From Paraspadella gotoi (Eukaryota; Animalia; Chaetognatha): DNA of 64,000 nt. The stretch's first letter is position 1. Each line of letters begins with the position of its first letter. The position numbers and the translations under genes are program-made. The notes below the pieces were generated by a model, which saw nothing but the letters and a program-made list of their open reading frames with translations, was not told the DNA's origin and ran no database searches. The stretch spans positions 15,873,370-15,937,369 of the forward strand of contig CM119269.1 of the NCBI GenBank assembly GCA_051294375.1. The letters run 5' to 3'. Below, in pieces: positions 50,441-64,000 of the stretch.

Positions 50441-52973
50441 TTAAGGAGGTTTTTTCGTTTTCTTGAGATATGTCCACAACTTTAAAGGTGCATTGGCTAA
50501 CATAAACATTGCCGAGCAGATGAGCAACGCTCCACCTAGTTTCGGTTTCATCCTCATAAACATTACAAAAAAATTATTATCGAAAAATAATTTTCTAAAT
50601 ATACCTGCCGAAAGTAGAGATGGTGTCTCTTTTAAAAATACTAGACCCAGAAAATAAGAAAACGGAATTTCAGACGTTTCTGAAATAGCGGTTGTAGTAG
50701 CGGAGTCTTCCTGAGAAATTGACTCTAAAATATTTTAAGAGATACTTTGACACGATTATGAAATGAAATTGGTACAACCAATATAAAAATTATCCATTCA
50801 TTTAATAAATAAGCTATCTTGCCCCTTTGGACAGGCTTTGGTGGTTTAAGGCCTCCATCACTCTTACAAGATAATGACATAGCAGGTCCCTGCAAGCTTT
50901 CAATCAAGACTCTCTCACAGTCTCGTTTATTCACTCCCAGAGTACCTGGCTTCCCTATCAATGAAGTGGTATAATGTTATGTAGCAACATCGTGTCGTGT
51001 TTTTTTATATACTTTCGTTCATTGCTTACTTGTATCGCAAAGATGACCAACATTCTCGCTGAAAGGTCCAATATGCCGACAAGAATTCCGTTTAAAATAT
51101 CCAAAAAACTAATGAAAGCAGCCCTTGAAGGAAGACTGAATCCATTACAAATATGCATAAACACGGGGACAGAAATAAAGCCTGGAGAACAACAACAAAA
51201 ACAAATGAAATAATAGATTATTGAATCATCCGAAATCTTGTATTGTGTTTGATGAATCTCACCAGCGGGAGTCGAAGCCAACTGCCAAACTGTCCAGTGA
51301 ACTTCTTCAAAATGTCCAACTAAAATTTCAGAGGCAGCAAAGCAGAAAGAAGCCAACAAAGAATACAGGTAACCTTGCTTGTAATCGGGATAATTTTTGA
51401 TAAATTCTTCATACGGTGCTCCAAATATGAAGGAGGGACGTGTAAGTAGTGTCACCCCAACCATGGCAATCAGCAATGATAGAATCTGAAGGAAATGGGC
51501 CGACATTTGGCAAGAAGCCATATCATTGACAGTAAAAAAGACGAATTATGTTAAGATCCAGATATGTATATATAAATATTGTTCAAAAAGGTTTCGTGAA
51601 TTATTATTTTCAAAAGCAAAATGTTTTTAAAGACTTTTCTGTCTTTGCTGATTAAGCGGTTGAACTTTTTAAAAGTTGAGCTATAAACCATGATGCCAGG
51701 GGTGTGAGGCATCTCCCGACAGCTGGCGCTCAGGGCTTTGGAACTGCAGTGACCACCTTTGTCACTGGCGTGTTTATGTCGACGCCATCACACTTTAACC
51801 AGCGTGACCGTGAGGGAATTGAACCCGGAACTCACAGTTGGTGAACGAGTACTTAGCTGTACAAGCCAATGAAACGAGCTGAGTTTCCCCAAGCTATACA
51901 GGAGGCCAATCTAGGATTCGCCACATACCTGTTGTTTCTTCGGAAACTTTTTTTTGAGCGAGCTCTCCATCAAAGGTGTCCAAATTACGTTTAGACTATA
52001 GAGCGAAACCGTATCTCCTACGAAATTTAAACAAGCGTTGAATAATTCTGATTAGGATTGGTTTCATTGGGTAAATAGATGATAGTCGTTATTTATAATT
52101 TCTTTATTTTTCGTTAATGCTTTAACCCAGTACTTTCCATAATGAAAAACTGGACTTAATTTCATCGGGATATAGATTGATTTGATACGTAAAACAATCG
52201 TAATATTTATTCTAAACATACGAATAAACAAACAAAACCTACTTCTCCTCGTCGAATTTTAAAATACATTACCGTTTAAAATATTTTACCGAGAGGACAA
52301 AGTTTCATAGCGACAAAGATGACGGCGTAACCGGCGAATGTCGCCGTCGCCGACGCGGTCGAGGCGATCGCCACTTTGGCGCTCAACTGGGAGAAAGGCT
52401 TCCCGCCAAGTCGTCGGTGCAGGAAGACGAGAGGGAAGTTGAAGATGGTGTAGATTAAGACGATGAATCCATTCATCCAGGCGGAATCGAAAACCTTGGA
52501 TGTGAAGAGACAGTAATTATTGTTATGTGTTTGTGACAGAACCGTTCAAAATAAGCAGTCCCTTCGGATCAGGCTGTAACACCGTGTTACAGGCGGGTTA
52601 AGCGCCCCGTCCCTCTTAACTGCTAGGCCGGACCCCGGACCTTTTGGGTTGGGAGGCGAATGACTTGCCTCCGGCACCAATGGCCGCTGATGAACGCTTG
52701 GTGGATTTCAGTCCACCATGAAACGTTGCAAGTGGCATTTATCTCGACAAGGATAACAGAGAACTTTCTCGACTCAAGCGTGAATCTTGCCTCGTTCACG
52801 TGAACCAATAAATTGACGTACGACCAAGAGGCTGTCCCGAGGACTGTGAGAAGAACTCCGAACACCGGACGTCTTTTCCTAGGTGCGGCTTTTTCCCCGG
52901 TCGGACAGGCTTCAGCGATCGCTTTTTCAGGTTTCAATACTTCTTCCTTTGCGCTCGCGACGACGCACTCCAT
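50441..52973 (-). CDS. EamA/SLC35G-like transporter, paralog 2
   Basis: Same exon structure as 34651-36621: MECVVAS...SWSYVNLLVHVNE | VFDSAWMNG...CPL | GDTVSLYSLNVIWTP | ILSLLIAMVGVTLLTRPSFIFG...STPA | GFISVP...AIQ | EDSATTTAISETSEIPFSY | GGALLICSAMF...KKPP*. Confidence 0.8.
51684..51880 (-). mobile_element. tRNA-derived SINE-like element in a transporter intron
   Basis: Minus strand has an A-box-like TGGCTTGTACAG and a B-box GGTTCAATTCC, followed by a GC-rich body. No full cloverleaf. Confidence 0.5.
52503..52719 (-). mobile_element. Solo LTR of family A in intron 1 of transporter paralog 2
   Basis: Reverse complement of the family A LTR, with small deletions. Confidence 0.8.
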
Positions 52974-55172
52974 TGTTTATCTTTTAACTTTTTCCAGACA
53001 GTAGCATCCGTCAAGAATTTCTAAGACGATGAGATCTATATACCTCTTATGGTTGCGATTCAAAGTTTGAAAAAAAATTTTTGGTGGCTTCCTTAGTCTT
53101 GAGCAATTCAGAGCTAAGGAATTATTAGTTTTTTTTTACTTTAGTATTTTTTTTTTGGACAAATCTTACCTTTTTAAGTTTGTGTCGTTTTACGAATCTG
53201 GGCTCTTTTTGTTATTTTTTAACAAAATACATTTATTGTATTGAAAACTCCAGAGAAGTTAACCACGAAAGTTGAACGACAAAGAATAAAAATTTAAAAA
53301 AATCTAATTTCTTTTTCACAACAACGACGAAATCAATGAATCTGCAAGGTGGTAATTGGCTAAACGACGTTCTACGAAAAAAAAGAATGAAAATATAAAG
53401 TAAAAAAAAAATTCCTTTATGCGGGTGAAATTCATCAGTGATTTAGTGGCCTGTCATATTAATTGGTTCAGTTTGTTCGGTTCCTTTTTTTTTAATATAT
53501 AAACTGAGAATTACTAACATACTAACGAGGAAAATTATAAAATATGACGTACCAATTACTTGATTACTATACTATAATATACAATACAATTGAATAATTT
53601 GTATAATTTATTAATTTTTTGACTTACGATTTAGCTACTATACAATAGCATTGGATAATTTGTATAATTTATTACTTTCACTTTCACCTCGAGAAAAATG
53701 TTGACCTTTTATCATTTTTCTCTTTCCTTCTCTAACCAAATCTACGTTTTTCCCTGCGAAAAATCGATTGAAATAAAAAAACTAGATATAATGAGCTTTT
53801 TTTTTTACATAAAAATGGTTAATTATCTTTCATGAACNNNNNNNNNNNNNNNNNNNNNNNNNNNNNNNNNNNNNNNNNNNNNNNNNNNNNNNNNNNNNNN
53901 NNNNNNNNNNNNNNNNNNNNNNNNNNNNNNNNNNNNNNNNNNNNNNNNNNNNNNNNNNNNNNNNNNNNNNNNNNNNNNNNNNNNNNNNNNNNNNNNNNNN
54001 NNNNNNNNNNNNNNNNNNNNNNNNNNNNNNNNNNNNNNNNNNNNNNNNNNNNNNNNNNNNNNNNNNNNNNNNNNNNNNNNNNNNNNNNNNNNNNNNNNNN
54101 NNNNNNNNNNNNNNNNNNNNNNNNNNNNNNNNNNNNNGTTCAAAACTAAAAGTAACAACTGAAGAGACAGTAATGATTGTTATGTGTTAGTGTCAAAAGC
54201 GTTCAATATAAGCAGTCCCAGGCAGTTACAGGCGNNNNNNNNNNNNNNNNNNNNNNNNNTTAAAAATTTTTTTTAAAGAAAACGCATGAAGCTATTTCTT
54301 TATATTACAGATATAATTAGCTTATTCATGTGGGGAATATTTTGCATTAGTTCAATTAATTTAAAGAATGTTCAGTTAGTTAAAATGTTGAATGAAAAAA
54401 TGCCATTTTTTACTAACCATTTTAAAAATTCATTGCAGACCAACGGTGAATCATTAACAAAAATCTTCTACCCCAGTAGAAAGAACATGAAGGCAAAACC
54501 CAAAAGCGAAGTAAAAAAATTTTCTTTTTCTATCTTCACCTTGAAAATTAGTGTCAAAACTGGAATGGACAAAAATGGACAAGATTTTTGAAGATAAAAA
54601 TTGCTTAAAACGAACTTTACTGCTTTTATTTTCAAAATTATTCATATAAGGAATGGTTTATTTACTCGATAGTTGGCACTTCTGTGGTATACGTCCAAAG
54701 AATTAAAATTTATCATTCATATTTGAAGAATCAGAAGATTCAGTTCATTTCTTTAGTAAATGCATTTCGTAGACCACTGCCTAAAGAGAGAAAAATTGTT
54801 TGATTATTAAAAATCGCTGAAGAAGACTCTTAATACAAAGTCGAAACTTGTCCATCTACAGTAATAAAAATCGTTGTTGCCTATTAAAAAACTGTTTTTT
54901 CCTAATAAATCAATATAAAATTTATCAATAAATCAATTATTCAAACACCAGACAATCAAATTTGGCTTATCTTTAAATTATCGTACGCAGATCCGGCATT
55001 TTTTACCAAATTTTTTTCTGTTCTTTCTTATGTCTTCTCTTATCTTTATTTGAATTTAATCAGTTTGTCAGTTAATCAGGTCTTCAGACAAGTCTAGGTC
55101 TTAAAAAAATATATATATATCTCTCTCTCTCTTTCATTCGAAATTACCGTCTTTCTCTCTCTAAATCACACG

Positions 55173-56609
55173 ATGTCCTCCATCTCTCCGATCGCCACGC
55201 GTCGTCATCATTGGCGCAGGCGTCGCCGGTCTCGCCGCCGCCAGACGCTGCAGGACGCCGCCGTCGACGTGACCGTCCTGGAGGCGCAGCGCGCCATCGG
55301 CGGCCGCGTCCATTCCATCGACTCCGGATCTCCTTCCTCCCCAAGGTCGAACTCGAGGCCCATGGATTCACGGGCGGTCGTGGGCAACTCCGTCCACGAT
55401 TATTGCGTCCGCAACGATCTGCTTCATCCTGGGTGGAAGGGCAACAGATTGGCCGATCGGTTTCACTCCGGGACGGCGGGGTCGTCTCCAACGAGACGCT
55501 CGAAGAGTCGAAGGGGCGTTCGGATCGAATGGACGAGGCCTGGGGCGATTCGCCACGGCGTCGCCTCCAAGAGATTCAACGATGACGCCGGGGCTTTCGT
55601 GCGCGAATTTCTGGCGAACGCGAGCCGGCGTTTTGCCCGAGGATAGCTCGTGATCTGGCGTCCGTGCAGAGTTCCAAGACCGATTTCTTCTCCATCTGAT
55701 GGGAGGCAACGCGATGAGCGAGCATGTCCATTAGAGGACTGGGCCAACTACGTGGAATGTCCCGGAGGAGAACATTACTTTCCGCGACGGCATATTCCAC
55801 CTTCGTCGATCATCCTCGTCAAATCCGGTCACGACGATCGAATTCAACTCGACGGGCCGTTCGTCGTGAAAAGATCGAGTGGAGTCCGGCGAGGGCGTCG
55901 ACGTATGCCTGAAGGACGGATCGCTCGACGAGCCGACGCGGTCGTCGTGACGACGTCGTTGGGTTGTCTCAATCGGGGGGCATCTCCTTCGAACCGGATC
56001 TGGCCGCGAACTAAGAAAGACCGATCTCTCGACTCGCATCGGCTTCGTGGGACAACTATGGTTTTCGTGTGACGCGACGCAGCTGAAAGTTTTGAGAGAA
56101 AGAATCGGCGAAGCGATTTGGTCGCTTTTTTGTGGACGACGATGTGAACAACGACAGAGATGGAGGACGGCGAAGACGAGGATATCATTGGATCCGAGGC
56201 TTGGATTACTCTCGAGTCGTTTGTCCAGACCTCATCTCCTCTGGTTTAGGGCGACACGGCGCGACGATTCGAGTCGCTCGACGACGACGTCGTCTTTCGC
56301 GCGTCGCGAGCTTTTCCGCCGTTCTTGAAGACACCGAAGGACCGCCTTCGTCGATCGGGTGGTTTCGCGCCGATCGAGTTGGTTCAAAACGAGTTTACTC
56401 GGGATCATACAGTATACCGGCGAAGGGGTCGTCAGAGGAGGATCACGTGGCCCTCAGCGAACCTTCTGACCTTTGGATCGAGCGATCGACCGAGGGTCAT
56501 GTTCGCCGGGGAAGCCACGCCACCCTCAGTTTTACGGACAGTCACGGGGCTTACGAGTCTGGGGTCAGGGAGGCGAAGAGATATTGAATGGATGAGCGGA
56601 AAATAAGTA
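55173..56609 (+). pseudogene. Frameshifted copy of the polyamine oxidase (likely artefact)
   Basis: Same sequence as 46630-48075 with dozens of 1-bp indels. Confidence 0.6.
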
Positions 56610-59002
56610 ATAGTCTAAAGTCAAGAACTTTAAATTTAGAATTAATTTGGGCAGTGACTTTGCTTTGGGTATTTTCAATAATGAAATTGAACTTAAATAG
56701 ACTATTAATTCTTTTTTCCACTGATAAATATGAAACACTCTTTATTTAAAAACGGTTGCATTAGTTATCTTTTCCTTATAACATAACTCACTGGGTAATT
56801 TCTATGCTTTCAAAATCGGTAAGACATTATTTCTTTCACGTCAATTATTCCAATTACGGTATCGCCTTAATAAGAATAAACTAAAAACGATTTTCATGGT
56901 AAGAACAACTTTTAAAGATAAATTGCTCGTAAGAACTGTGCGTTTTTTTAGATAACTATTACTTAGCAAAAATCGGCACACTATGTTATGAAACTTTTTT
57001 CTTGTTTTCCATTTCTTTCTAATTTCTTTCTTTTCGACTTTTGCCTGACTCTCTCTTTTTCTCTTTCTCTCTGTGTTAAGTATTTGATGCGTTACGCCCC
57101 CATAATAAGCGGTTAAATTTTATTTATTTCCGACATAGGACAGTAACTTCTGTCCTTCAGCTGTCCTCACCTTAATACTATCCATTACTCAATTCTTTGG
57201 TGGACGCTCTCTTCTCTCTCTCTGTCTCTCTCTCTCTTTCTCTTCATCATAATGTTTTGACAAAATTTCTTAAAAATTCACACTGTGCTGAAGAAGACTC
57301 GAAAAAGAATCGAAACATGTCCGTTTCAAAAATAAAAGTCGTTGTTTGTAAACAAAAAAATAAACTTTTTCTCTCCTTAACTTTTATTTCGCAAAACTTT
57401 GCGTAGCTATGATTTTATTCAAAGTTGTTGCCAAGCAGATTTAAAAAATCGACAGATTTTTGCGGAAATTTTTCCGCAAAAAGCTGTCAGATGAGAGAAA
57501 CTTAATTTGCTGACTTGCTTCCCCTTTCTCAATAAAAGAAGGCGGTTTTTTGTTAATTATCAACCTTAGTATGTTTATCATCTGTAAACTATTAAAATGA
57601 GTTAAAAAACCGTGTTTTAGTTCAAATAAAACGGACCTCACAAATCCTCACAAAATTAAAAGTTGACTTAAATTTTTTTGCAGCAAATAAGTATTAAATA
57701 TTCGCCCTAATTTTTTAGGTACAGAAACACCGTTCATAGGGAATATTATTAGAATTGTGAACATTTTGAAGTATTTTTGTTTAACACATGGCTAATAAAA
57801 CTGTAAAAATGTAAGTTTGTGACCAGTCAATTTAAAAATTAATTCATAGGTAAACATGATAAATGACCAACTGAAAATGAACTGCAATCTCGAGAAGTAA
57901 AGAAGATAAGAAGGACGCCGAAAGCCGGAGTAAAAAGATTCTCTATCAATGATCTTGGCATTCAAACTCGGGACAAAAGTGAAAGATGGGACAAAAATGG
58001 ACATAATTTTTTTTATTTAAAAGTAGCACAAAATGATACTTATCTGGTGCATTAGAAATGCAGCAGTCATGATTTCATTTAAGATTCCGCTAATCGGAAG
58101 CTCACTTTGTCTTAGGGATTCATAAAGGTTCAATCAATTTGAAGGTTAATACTTCTAGCAATATTGCAAAAAGTGCTTTTTTTTCTGAATTCCTCGATCC
58201 AAAATCACTGCCTTTGATTTTTAATTTCAAAAAAAAATATATTCTGTTGAGCCATTTGGTCAACAAGAATTTTTTTTTTAATAACATCCTAAAACAGTCA
58301 TCGCATGGCAAGAAAATTATTATTTTTTCTCGACCAAATATTGCACGGACAAGAAAATACGTAGAACTGAAATATATAATCAGGAAAACTATAATGAAAT
58401 TAGAGCTTATGGTTATGTCTTGCCAATACAAGTTCTCGGCACTGTGGGCGGTTAGAGAGGTAGCACAACCTCGCCAATCGAGGCAATAAGGATTCAAATT
58501 TCGTTAATATAATTGCTTTTAACAATTCACGTATACGTCGTAGCTGGTTTAAAAACTTAACTAGCAGTTATTTTTGGATTTAGTTTTAGGCGGGACCCGT
58601 CGGTTGGAGTCAACCTTTCTCTTGCAGGTTTAAAAGTAAAAAGTATGATTTCCCCGATGCAATCAATCCTTTCCTTTTCGTTGTTTTATTGAATATTAGA
58701 GAAAGCAAAGAATTTTGAATTTGGAAAAACATTTTAATTAATATTTGACATTTTCTTTTCCTTAGGCATTGTTATTTTAAATGCTGATTGAGGCTTGAAG
58801 CTAACAAGCCGCAAACAGCTCCACTATTAATTAAAAATAGTGCTTACAAATTTCAAATTCTTTGCTTTTCTCTGATTTTTCCCCCAAAGAAGGGTATAAA
58901 TCCTTCGGTTATGTGTCATTACATTACTAAATCGATTAAACGCTTTTATTTTACTTTCGATAAAACTTACTTATTTTCTACAAGAAAATGAATAAAAAAG
59001 AA

Positions 59003-61785
59003 TTAAGGAGGTTTTTTCGGTTTTCTTGACACCTTATGTCCACAAACTTTAAAGGTGCATTGCTAACATAAACATTGATCCGAGCAGGATGAGCAACGCT
59101 CCACTAGTTTCGTTTCTCCTCATAACATACAAAAAAAATTATTATACGAAAAAATTAATTTTCTAAATAGTACCCTGCCGAAAGTTAGAGATGGTGTCTC
59201 TTTTAAAATACTATAGACCAGAATAAAATAGAAAACGGAATTCAGACGTTCTCGAAATAGCGGTTGTAGTGTAGCGGAGTCTTCCTGAGAAATTGACTCT
59301 AAAATATTTTAAGAGATACCTTTGACACGATTATGAAAATCGAATTGTTTACAACCAATATAAAAAATTATCCATTCATTTAAAAAATAACTATCTGCCC
59401 TTTGGACAGGCTTGGTGGTTTAAGGCCTCCATCACTCTTACAAGATAATGACATAGCAGGTCCCTGCAAGCTTTCAATCAAGACTCCTCTCACAGTTCTC
59501 GTTTATTCACTCCCAAGTACCTGGCTTCCCTATCAATGAAGTGGTTATAATGTTATGTAGCAACATGCGCTCTTTGAAGAGCCGGTACGTCACCGGGGAT
59601 CGCTGCATTGTCTACACTACTAGCAGCCGTCTCTCCGGATCGTATCCATCTCGGCCCGCCAAGTGTATGCCGATTAGTACCGCGTCGTACGTGGACTGTA
59701 GTTTGTCGACCGGGTTCACGTGTCGTGTATTTTTATTTATACCTTTCGTTCATTGCTCTTACTGTATCGCAAAGATGAACCAACATTCTCGCTGAAAGGT
59801 CCAATATGCCGGACAAAGAATTCCGTTAAAATATCCAAAAAACTAATGAAAGCAGCCCTTGAAGGAAGACTGAATCCATTACAAATATGCATAAACACGG
59901 GGACAGAAATAAAGCTGGAGAACATACAACAAAAACAAATGAAATAATAGATTATTGAATCATCGAAATCTTGTATTGTGTTTGATGAATCTCACCCAAG
60001 CGGAGTCGAAGCCAACTGCCAAACTTGTCCAGTGAACTTCTTCAAAATGTCCAACTAAATTTTCACGAGGCAGCAAAGCAGAAAGAAGCCACAAAGAATA
60101 AGGAACCTTGCTGCTAATCGCGCGATAATTTTTGCATAAAAATTTCTTTCATACGTCCTCCAAATATGAAGGAGGACGTGTTAAAGTAGTGTCACCCCAA
60201 CCATGGCAATCAGCAATGATAGATATTCTGAAGGAAAGGAGCCGACATTTGCAAGAAGCCATATTCATTTGACAGCTAAAAAAGACGAATTATGTTTAAG
60301 ATTCCAGATATGTATATATTAATATTGTTCATAAAAAGGTTTCGTGAATTATTATTTTCAAAAGCAAAACTGTTTTTTAAAAGACTTTTCTGTCTTTGCT
60401 GATTAGCGTGGTTGAATCTTTTTAAAAGTTGAGCTATTAAACCATGATGCCAGGTGTGCTGAGGCATCTCTCCCGACAGCTGGGCCGGGGGGCTCAGGGG
60501 CTTTGGAACTGCAGTGACCACATTTGTCAACTGGCGTGTTTATGTCGACGACCATCACACTTTAACCAGTCGTGACCGTGTGACGGGAATTGAACCGAAC
60601 TTCACAGTTGCTTAGTTGAACTACCGTTTACTTAGCCGTGTAAAAAGCCATATGAAAACGAGCTGAGTTTCCCAGCTATACAGGAGGCCAATTCTAGGAT
60701 TCGCCACATACCTGTTGTTCTTCGGAAACTTTTTTGAGCGAGCTCTCCATCAAAGGTGTCCAAATTACGTTTAGACTAATAGAGCGAAAACCGTATCTCC
60801 TACGAAATTTAAACAAGCACTTTGAATAATTCCCTGCATAGGATTGTTTCATGGTAAATAGATGATATCTCGTTATTATAATTTCTTTATTTTTTTTTAA
60901 TGCTTTAACCTACTTTCCATAATGAAAAACTGGAGCTTTAATTTCAATCGGGATATAGATTGATTTGATACGTAAAAACAATCGTAATATATTTCTAAAC
61001 ATACGAATAAAACAAAGACAAAAACCTACTTCTCCTCGTCGAATTTTAAAAATACATTACCGTTTAAAATAATTTTACCGATGAGGACAACGTTTCATAG
61101 CGAACAAAGATTGACGGCGAACCGTCCGATGTCGCCGTCGCCGACGCGTCGAGGCGATCGCCACTTTGGCGCTCAACTGGAGAAAGGCTTCCGCCAAGTG
61201 TTCGGTGCAGGAAGACGAGAGGAAGTTGAAGATGGTGTTAGATTAAGACGATGAATCCATTCATCCAGGCGGAATCGAAAAACCTTGGCATGTGAAGAGA
61301 CAGTAAATTCATTGTTGCTATGTGTTTGTGACAAACCGTTCAAAATAGCAGTCCCTTCGCGATTCAGGCGTAAGCGACCGTGTTTACAGGCGTTGTTAAG
61401 CGCCCCAGCGTCCCTCTTAACTGCTAGGCCGGACCCCGGACCTTTTGTGGTTGGGAGGCGAATGACTTGCCTCCGGCACCAATGGCCGCCTGATGAACGC
61501 TTGGGCGATTTTCAGTCCACCATGAACACGTGCAAGTGGCCATTTATCTCGACAATGGGGATAACATGAGAACATTCTCTACTCAAGCGTGAATCTTGCC
61601 TCGTTTCACGTGTGAACCAAAATTGACGTACGACCAAGAGGCGTGTCCGAGGACTGTGCGTAGAACTCGAACACCGGACGTCTTTTTCCTAGGTGCGGGC
61701 TTTTTCCCCGGTCGGACAGGCTTCAGCATCGCCTTTTTCAGTGTTCAATACTTCTTCCTTTGCGCTCGCGAACGACGCACTCCAT
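59003..61785 (-). pseudogene. Frameshifted copy of transporter paralog 2 (likely artefact)
   Basis: Colinear with 50441-52973, including the intronic SINE and LTR. Confidence 0.6.
59567..59718. other. 152-bp GC-rich structured insertion, absent from the sister copy
   Basis: The sister locus reads gcaacat|cgtgtcgtgt (50990/50991). Here 152 bp with 87 G+C lie between the same flanks and contain several complementary stems. Confidence 0.85.
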
Positions 61786-62909
61786 TTGTTTATCTTTTAA
61801 CTTTTTCCAGACAGTAGAATCCGTCAGAATTTCTAAGACGCTGAATCTATATACTCTTTACTGGTTGCGATTAAAGTTAAAAAACAAATTTTTGGTGCTT
61901 CCTTAGTCTTGAAGCAATCTCAGAGCTAAGGAATTATAGTTTTTTTTTTACTTTAGTATTTTTTTGGGACAAATCTTACCTTCTTTAAGTTTGTGTCGTT
62001 TTACGATCTGGGCTCTTTTGTTATTTTTAACAAAATACATTTATTGCTATTGAAAACTCCAAGAGAAGTTAACCACGAAAGGTTGAACGACAAAGAGATA
62101 AAAAATTCAAAAAAATCTTTAATTTCTGTTTTCACAACAAACGACGAAATCCAATGAATCTTGCAAGGTGGAATTGGGCTAACGACGATTCTTCTACGAA
62201 AAAAAAGAATGAAAATATAAAGTAAAAAAAAAAATTCCTTTATTGGGGTGAAATTCATCAGTAATTTACGTGGCCGGCCTGTCATATAACTTGGTTCAGC
62301 TTTGTTCTGGTTCCGTTTTTTTAATATAAAACTGAGAATTACTAAAACATACCTTAACGAGGAAAATATAAAATATGACCGTGACCACATTACTGATTAC
62401 TTATACATTAAGTATACAATACAACTTGGAATTAATTGTATAATTTATTAATTTTCTGACTTACCGATTTAGCTACTATACAATAGCATGGATAATTTGT
62501 ATAATTTATGTACTCTTCTCGTTCACCTCGAGAAAAATGTTGACCTTTTATCATCTTTTCTCTTTCCTTCTCTAACCAAATCTTACGTTTCTCCCTGCGA
62601 AAAATCGATTGAAATAAAAACTAGATATAATGAGCGTTCCTTTTTAGCTCCATAAGCAATGGTTAATTATCTTTCCTCTATAACAATAACCTATTCGACA
62701 AATTAACACCAACTTGATAATTTAATTTTACAATTCTTAAATTTGATTTAATGTTTACTAACCTTCATCTACCTATACTATAAATTCTACATACCAAATG
62801 TTTTTAGATAGATTATATTTAAAAACGGATACTTCCACTTAATTCATCATTTTGAGTTCTTGAACTCATTCATTTTTCTGATGGGAGATCGCTTATACGT
62901 TTTTCAATA

Positions 62910-64000
62910 GTGTTTTAGCTTGATAATTATATTTCCAGATTTCTCAAATGAACATGTTGCTAAGAGAAAATCGTCCGAGCAGAATAAGCAAAGCTCCACC
63001 TAAAATGAAAATCGTTTTAAAACTAAAATGTTAAAAATAAAACTTTAAACGAAAATATTTGGGTAAGTATGAATACATACCTGCTGATAAAAAGGAGGGT
63101 TTCGTTCAAAAAAATTAGCCCAATGGAGATTAGAGAAGGAATATACGAAGTTTCTGCATCGCGGTTGTTGTTGTGTGTCCTCCTAAATATTTTATTCTTT
63201 TCTTAAAGACTTATTAAACTGTTCAAACACTAAAAGTAAAACTGAAGAGACAGTAATGATCGTTATGTGTGAGTGTCAAATTAAGCAGTTCCAGCAGTTA
63301 CAGTTACAGGCGTGGTTAAGCGCCCCGTCCCTCTTAACTGCAAGCGACGCACCGCGGTTAGACAACCCCGGATTCTTGGGTTGACGCATATCGAAGCGTT
63401 GTTCCACCGTACACAATGGCCGCTGATGAAGGGTTGGTGGATTTTTAGAGCCACCATACAACCCTTAATAAATACTTAACTGTTTCCACTATTGGGTACA
63501 GTGCATGAGAAACAAAAAAATTTAAGATTAAGTATTTGAATAAGCTATTAATTAAGCATTCTACTAGTGCATGTGATGACATTAAAGCAAAACTAACAAC
63601 CATCATCACAAGAATAATTCATTTTTATATCACTTGTATGGACAAAATTGAAAATATCCTGGCTAATAGATACAATATACCACCAATAATTCCACCAAAA
63701 ATATCCAAAACAGAAGGCTTTGAAGATACTGTAAATCCATTGCAAACATATGTGGATATTGGTATAGTAATTATACCTGAAATTTAGATAAAAATATCAT
63801 TATAAAAGTTAACAAAATAATTGAAACATGTCCGTTGTTGTAACTCATCAGTTTTTTCCAAATCAAACGCAATGAATCAAAATACAATGATAAAAATATC
63901 TGATGAAAATGTTAATGAAGTATATACAAAATATAGGTTACCGGCAGGAGTAGAAGCCAATTGCCAAATCGTCCAATGAACACTGGGAAAATATCCAACT
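62910..64000 (-). CDS. EamA/SLC35G-like transporter, paralog 3 (3' exons only, indel-rich)
   Basis: VGYFPSVHWTIWQLASTPA | GIITIPISTYVCNGF...GILYLLARIFSILSIQ | ED.TTTA... | GGALL. Clearly diverged from paralogs 1 and 2. Confidence 0.7.
63243..63460 (-). mobile_element. Solo LTR of family A in an intron of paralog 3
   Basis: tgaagagacag...ccaccataca, the reverse complement of the LTR. A further LTR 3' end abuts the gap at 17280-17291. Confidence 0.7.

Larger units (their letters stand above)
54260..63310 (+). repeat. Indel-rich direct copy of about 45716-54234 (probable raw long-read gap fill)
   Basis: Colinear throughout and starts right after an N gap. The inter-gap fragment 54138-54234 recurs at about 63221-63310. 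Confidence 0.85.

Noticed and set aside
59541-59795. 84-aa ORF crossing the 152-bp insert
   Set aside because: Starts at GTG in flanking intronic repeat and has no coding features, so it is probably a chance open frame.

Overview
Intron-rich animal (invertebrate) draft scaffold with GC-rich exons, AT-rich introns, N gaps and indel-rich, long-read-like stretches. Genes from left to right: an EGF-repeat plus chitin-binding (CBM14) protein with a C-type lectin gene nested in one intron; an orphan single-pass membrane protein; GH20 beta-hexosaminidase (-); ELOVL6-like elongase; eEF2, whose last intron holds an antisense EamA/SLC35G-like transporter and whose middle intron holds a candidate C/D snoRNA; an ornithine-decarboxylase-family gene; an intronless polyamine/spermine oxidase; and two more EamA/SLC35G paralogs. 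Two long segments (about 2.9-7.2 kb and about 45.7-54.2 kb) are repeated as frameshift-riddled copies, probably assembly or haplotype artefacts. Mobile DNA includes a TRIM with tRNA-like LTRs, solo LTRs with 4-bp TSDs, a Helentron-type non-autonomous element, TIR elements, a tRNA-SINE, a LINE remnant and Penelope-type minimal hammerheads. The most notable observations are a 152-bp, 57% GC, highly structured insert present in only one of two duplicate copies (59567-59718), and a decarboxylase-oxidase-transporter neighbourhood whose decarboxylase has an altered specificity residue. All gene models and folds were read by eye; no searches were run.
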